A stretch of 64,000 bases of DNA from Candidatus Latescibacterota bacterium (GTDB lineage: Bacteria > Latescibacterota > UBA2968 > GCA-2709665), in assembly GCA_965116875.1 (NCBI GenBank), contig OZ220733.1, positions 3,808,001 through 3,872,000 on the forward strand, given 5' to 3'. Each line of letters opens with the position of its first letter. The stretch's first letter is position 1. Both the position numbers and the translations under genes were made by a program. The notes under the pieces were generated by a model. The model had not been told where the DNA came from. It did not search any database and was given only the letters and a program-made list of their open reading frames with translations. Positions 59,464-64,000 of the stretch are shown piece after piece.

Positions 59464-60729
59464 TCAGATGCGCAATCCATCCGTGCCTTTGGAAACGACG
59501 TACCAGATATAGGCGGCGAGGACGATGCTGGGAAACAGCAGCCCTGCACGCGACCCGCGCCCGCCGCTCCCCCCAAAACCTCCGCGCTTGCCGGATTCGG
59601 CTGCGTCGGACCGGCCTTCCCTGCCGCGTCTTGCAGAAACCGTTTCTTCACCGGGCGACCGTTCGTCGGGAGGGCGGTAGGCGTCCCGACGATCGCCGCT
59701 TTCTGTCCCGACCGCCGACGGTCTCGCGGCCTCAATGGCGGCGTCTTCTCCCTTCAGCGTCCGTCGCACGGGGTAGACGAGACGCTTCTCCGACTCGGCC
59801 AGCTTCTCCGCCCACAGTTCGACTTCCTTTGCGAAGGTGAGCGACGTCTCTTCCCTGAGCGGACCCGCCTTGCCCAGGGTGAAGCTGACTTCAGGATTCC
59901 GATGGCCCGTATAAGCGGTCTGAAGGTCGGGATCCGTGGTTTCCACAAGCTGGCGCTTGAGTCTGGCGCGTGTTGCCTGCAGGGATACAAGATTCTGCAG
60001 AAATCCGTGGTAGTCCATGCGATTCTTCCGGGTCCCCGGCGCGTGGGCGCGCGGCGGTTTCGACAGGGCCCTTTCGATTTCCCTCCGGGTGAATTCCTTC
60101 GAGAATTCCGCCCTGCCGAAGATCATGGAATGCCAGATGACACGGGCAGACGGGATGTCGGGAACGGGATGCGCATAGGTGATTTCAACCGCCGGGCCTT
60201 TTTCGGTCTGCCAGCTTTCGTCGGAAACCAGAATCGGGTGCAGCGCGCCGTTTGACTGCTTCAGATAGAGACCGAAGAGGAATCCGCTTTCCACGTGGTC
60301 GGTGTCCCAGCACCGGGCGCGGATCCGATTCGTGCCCCTCAGGTAGAGGTGCGGGACCTCGACTTCCACGGGCGTGAGGCGGGTTTCGCCAACGGGAAAG
60401 TCATTGAGCCACACGCGCGCCTCGTCATCGGCCCAGAAGATGCAAACAACCGAGGTCCCTTTCGGAAGACGCAGGACGTCTGCGTTTCCGGGCAGGCGTT
60501 TCTTGTCGATGGCTCCCGGGTCTTCGGCGCTCATCACGCGGATCAGACTGTCGATCTGCGCCGAGACCGCGTTGAACTCCTGACGGATCGAGAACGGGTT
60601 CGGCGCGGATGCGGCAGCCCGGTCATCCGCATTGCCCGAAACGTCAGCCGGCAGCACAGGCGAAACGGACAGCGCGAGCACGGCGAGCCATCTGTTTCGC
60701 GAGCGGTACCTGTGGGTCGTCTCTGGCAT
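59464..60729 (-). CDS. Exported protein with beta-sandwich domain and C-terminal TM anchor
   Basis: N-terminal hydrophobic segment; WADDEARVWLND; Gly-rich linker then LLFPSIVLAAYIWYVV. Confidence 0.65.
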   Translation of the reverse strand: MPETTHRYRSRNRWLAVLALSVSPVLPADVSGNADDRAAASAPNPFSIRQEFNAVSAQIDSLIRVMSAEDPGAIDKKRLPGNADVLRLPKGTSVVCIFWADDEARVWLNDFPVGETRLTPVEVEVPHLYLRGTNRIRARCWDTDHVESGFLFGLYLKQSNGALHPILVSDESWQTEKGPAVEITYAHPVPDIPSARVIWHSMIFGRAEFSKEFTRREIERALSKPPRAHAPGTRKNRMDYHGFLQNLVSLQATRARLKRQLVETTDPDLQTAYTGHRNPEVSFTLGKAGPLREETSLTFAKEVELWAEKLAESEKRLVYPVRRTLKGEDAAIEAARPSAVGTESGDRRDAYRPPDERSPGEETVSARRGREGRSDAAESGKRGGFGGSGGRGSRAGLLFPSIVLAAYIWYVVSKGTDGLRI

Positions 60730-60770
60730 ATCGGGAGCTGACTGACGCGTGTTTACAGTTGCGTTATCCG

Positions 60771-61895
60771 CTAATAGTCCGCGAAGGATCCGTCTTCTTT
60801 CGAGCGCCACATGCCGCGGAAGCGAAAGCGTTCGTCCCGCGTGGCATCGAGTGCATCGTCGTCGATCTCGAATCCGAGACCCGGCCCTGCGGGAAGTTCG
60901 ATATAACCATCGTTGAACGTAAGCGGCGGCTTCAGAAGACCTTCGCCCCGGGTCGTGCCGCCCTCGCAGATGAGAAAATTGGGGACCGTGGCCATGGTAT
61001 GGATGGACGCGGCAACGCCGATGGGACCGGCCGCGTTGTGCGGCGCAATGGCAATGTCCCTGATTTCCGCCAGCGTGGCGATCTTCTTCATTTCCGAGAT
61101 GCCTCCGACGTGCCGGATATCCGGCTGCAGAACGGCACAGGCCTGTTTTTCCACGATGTCCCGGAAACTCCAGCGGGTGAGGTGGCGTTCGCCGGTTGCG
61201 ATGGGTGTTGGGGTCGAGCGGGAAAGGGTCAGCAGGGCGTCGTTGTTTTCAGGATGGCAGGGTTCTTCCGCAAAGAGCAGATGATAGGGTTCGAGCGCCT
61301 TGACCGTGATGACGGCCATCTGCGGGCTGAGGCGGCGGTGCAGATCGACCGCGATGTCCACGTCGTCGCCCACGGCTTCGCGGACGGCTGCGACACGGGC
61401 GACCATTTCGTCGACCGCGCGTGCCGTATCCACGAAACGGACGGGTTTGACGGCGCCGCCCATCTTGATGGCCGTGAACCCGTCTGCGACCCGCTTGCGC
61501 GCAGATTCCGCACAGGATTCCGGCGTGTCTCCCCCGGCGTGGGCGTAGACCCGCACGCGGTCCCGGACCGAACCTCCCAGAAGTCTCCAGACGGGAACGT
61601 CCAGGACTTTGCCCATGATGTCCCACATGGCCATATCCGTGCCGCTGAGCGCGCCAATGATGATCGGCATGCTGCGGCTGTACGTGGAGCGAAAGAAGGT
61701 CTGCCAGTGGTCTTCGATCTGGAGCGGATCCTTGCCGATGAGGTATTCGGCCAGGTCGTCTATGGCCCGTGCGACGATTCGCCAGTGCGTATAGTCCAGG
61801 GGTTCGCCATAGCCGACGACGCCCTCGTCGGTGTGCATTTTCAACACGAGGAACCGCTGTGCGACAGGGACGGTTTCAAGGCGGGTGATCTTCAT
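60771..61895 (-). CDS. dgoD: Galactonate dehydratase-like enolase-superfamily enzyme
   Basis: ALSGTDMAMWDIMGK; VDLHRR; EEP; ATGER; QPD; PHN; DGSFADY. Confidence 0.8.
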   Translation of the reverse strand: MKITRLETVPVAQRFLVLKMHTDEGVVGYGEPLDYTHWRIVARAIDDLAEYLIGKDPLQIEDHWQTFFRSTYSRSMPIIIGALSGTDMAMWDIMGKVLDVPVWRLLGGSVRDRVRVYAHAGGDTPESCAESARKRVADGFTAIKMGGAVKPVRFVDTARAVDEMVARVAAVREAVGDDVDIAVDLHRRLSPQMAVITVKALEPYHLLFAEEPCHPENNDALLTLSRSTPTPIATGERHLTRWSFRDIVEKQACAVLQPDIRHVGGISEMKKIATLAEIRDIAIAPHNAAGPIGVAASIHTMATVPNFLICEGGTTRGEGLLKPPLTFNDGYIELPAGPGLGFEIDDDALDATRDERFRFRGMWRSKEDGSFADY

Positions 61896-62019
61896 GAGGT
61901 TGACCTCTCGGAGGAATCTTTCGACACCGCGTTTTCGGTATCCGGAAGTTTGGATCCGTTCCGCGGCCATGCGCGGGGGTTCACCCTGTTACACGGATCT
62001 ACAGGGAGACCCGAGCGGC

Positions 62020-62889
62020 TCACCGGTCTGAGTCTACGCCCCTTTCCTTCTCCCGTTTCGCATCGGCAAGAACCGGTGCGATCCTGTCGACAAACCGGAT
62101 CAGGCTGTTGTCATCCGGGTTGTAGCCGATGAGCTTGCGGGCGTTGGCGATACTCCAGAAATTGTGGCTGTTTCCGCTGATGCCGTAGAAAATCTGAAAG
62201 GGGATGCCATTCTCGTCTTCGATGTTCTCCGTCTCGATGCTCTTGATCAGAAGCTGGGTCTGGTCACGTGCGCTCAGGTACGCCCCGAGGCTGCGGTGCA
62301 TACCATTCAGGTTGTTCGCCCTGAGGTTATCGGCCACGGTGTCTCGGGGACCTCCGATCCGCAACTGGATATTCTGGAGCTTTCTTCCGTTTCCGACCCT
62401 GCCCGCGGCAAAGGCGAACCCCAGAAGTTCGTACGCGGCCTTCGCCCAGCCGTAGAAATTGTCGGAAAGCGGGCGCATATCCGGTGTCACGAATTCCATG
62501 CGGCCGGACCAGATGAGCGTCTCGTAGAAATCGGTGGCGTGGTTGGAACTGATGACGATCACCCTGCGGACGTTCTCTTCCAGGCAGGTCTGGTAGACGT
62601 TGTAGGCCATGGCGATGTTGTCGGATTCAGCCCAGAACTGGTCCCCGGGTGCGTTGGCACGGGTGAAACCGCAGTGTATCACCGCGTCTGTGTCCGTGAA
62701 ATGCCGTCGATATGCGTTCCGGTCCCGATTGAGAAGGTCGGTCTGGACGATACCCTCCACCTCGTTGCCGTTTCGGTCCGTCTTTCGCACGTCCAGCAAG
62801 CCGAGGTCATAGCGCTCCTTGAGGGCCGGCAGACTCCGTCCCGCGATATAACCGGCCGCGCCGGTGATGACAACCCTGCGTTTCGTCAT
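62020..62889 (-). CDS. NAD-dependent epimerase/dehydratase
   Basis: ITGAAGYIA; SSNHA; YGWAK; LRIG. Confidence 0.85.
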   Translation of the reverse strand: MTKRRVVITGAAGYIAGRSLPALKERYDLGLLDVRKTDRNGNEVEGIVQTDLLNRDRNAYRRHFTDTDAVIHCGFTRANAPGDQFWAESDNIAMAYNVYQTCLEENVRRVIVISSNHATDFYETLIWSGRMEFVTPDMRPLSDNFYGWAKAAYELLGFAFAAGRVGNGRKLQNIQLRIGGPRDTVADNLRANNLNGMHRSLGAYLSARDQTQLLIKSIETENIEDENGIPFQIFYGISGNSHNFWSIANARKLIGYNPDDNSLIRFVDRIAPVLADAKREKERGVDSDR

Positions 62890-62900
62890 CGCAATTCTCG

Positions 62901-63650
62901 TTATGGGAATGGAAAGGGACTGGTAGAAAGCGGATGGTGCGTACATCGGTTGACGCCGCGCACCAGGATGGGCCGCCAGTCCTGGCCGATCGAGTTGGAT
63001 TCGACCTGCCTGGCTTCGGGCGGGATGAAGCGGACGGTAAGACCGCAACGCCGCCGATTCGAGGTATTGGGCATGCTTGCGTGGAATAGCTGGCCGTGGT
63101 GGACCGAAACCTGGCCCGCGCTGAGTTCCAGGTCGATCGCACGGCTGGTGTCGACGAGTTCGTCCGGGATTTCCTGGTTGATGCTCAGCAGATTTCCGTC
63201 CCGTTCCGATGTGCCGTGAGTGACGATCCCGTTTTTGTGGGACCCCGGGATGACGCGCATGCACCCGTTTTCCGCGTCGCTGTCGTCGATGGCGATCCAG
63301 GCCGTATGCGCCAGCGGCGGTTTGAGACCCCAGTACGTGACATCCTGGTGCCACGCGACAAAGTGCTTTTCGGCCCTGGCGGGGTATTTGCAGAAGAAGT
63401 GCGTGGCCAGCAGAAGGATATCCTTACCCATGGCCTGTTCCATGACGTCCAGAATGCGCGCGTCGGCGGACAGCCGCCAGATAAACTCCTCGTCGAAGTG
63501 CCGGGACTGAAGACCCACCTGGCAGACGTCTCTGCCTTCTCTGCCTTCGAGTTCGTCGAACTGCGCCCTGAATGCGCTGATCTCGGATTCGGAGAAGACG
63601 TCGATTCGAGGCAACACGCCATTGGCTTCGTAGGTTTCGCTCAGGTGCAT
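62901..63650 (-). CDS. PhyH-family dioxygenase
   Basis: WHQDVTYW; NGCMRVIPGSH; FHASMPNTSNRRR. Confidence 0.9.
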   Translation of the reverse strand: MHLSETYEANGVLPRIDVFSESEISAFRAQFDELEGREGRDVCQVGLQSRHFDEEFIWRLSADARILDVMEQAMGKDILLLATHFFCKYPARAEKHFVAWHQDVTYWGLKPPLAHTAWIAIDDSDAENGCMRVIPGSHKNGIVTHGTSERDGNLLSINQEIPDELVDTSRAIDLELSAGQVSVHHGQLFHASMPNTSNRRRCGLTVRFIPPEARQVESNSIGQDWRPILVRGVNRCTHHPLSTSPFPFP

Positions 63651-63868
63651 AGCGGCATCCCCTCGGGTGCAGTGCAGGACGCGGACAATCTACGGTGAAC
63701 GGTGCGCCGGTGCAACCCGTTTCTGGTGCCCGCGCACAATCCCTGCGTGGGCATTGACATGCCGAACCGGGGAGGGTATCATGCGCAGTCGAAACCTGCT
63801 GTACACCCGGGATTGCGCACGGCAATGCTGCCGTGGCGCGGACCGATTTCGAAATGCGGAGGCTTGAA

Positions 63869-64000
63869 ATGAAGATCACCCACGTTACCGCGATGGTGTT
63901 GCGGCTCCCTCACGTCACGGACAGCTGCGACGGTACGCAGGATACCTGTTTGATCAAGGTCGAAACCGACGCCGGACTCACCGGCTGGGGAGAGGTGGAT
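63869..64000 (+). CDS. Mandelate racemase/enolase-family protein, N-terminal part (cut by window end)
   Basis: MKITHVTAMVLRLP...DGTQDTCLIKVETDAGLTGWGEVD; GGAGG RBS. Confidence 0.85.
   Translation, partial: MKITHVTAMVLRLPHVTDSCDGTQDTCLIKVETDAGLTGWGEVD

Overview
GC-rich bacterial chromosome segment from a diderm organism (LptE). The EF-hand/dockerin-like secreted protein, multiple PhyH/amidohydrolase/epimerase paralogs, DUF6785-like membrane protein and futalosine genes suggest a Latescibacterota/Gemmatimonadota-like lineage; this is inference only. In order, the window holds: (1) a 4.5-kb mosaic of toxin-antitoxin genes and fragments interleaved with several repeat families, containing an AhpD/CMD-family selenoprotein (CxxU plus SECIS-like hairpin) that the ORF track splits in two; (2) lptE, DUF1844, a DsbA-like gene, a form II cox-like SLM-G cluster and an orphan RND permease; (3) an archaeal/eukaryote-type pheS-pheT pair under a Phe T-box riboswitch next to tRNA-Leu(CAG); (4) catabolic genes and mqnE-mqnC-mqnA; (5) the housekeeping run thrS-infC-rpmI-rplT-zapB-like-zapA-(6S?)-rny-ymdB-xseAB-nadK-recN, which lacks pheST at its usual position; (6) queE, an amidohydrolase triplet, a secreted cytochrome c/copper monooxygenase fusion, a candidate ncRNA, a sigma70 gene whose promoter carries a perfect LexA-like palindrome, and a MotA/ExbB-type three-gene unit. 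All calls come from motif reading; no searches were run.
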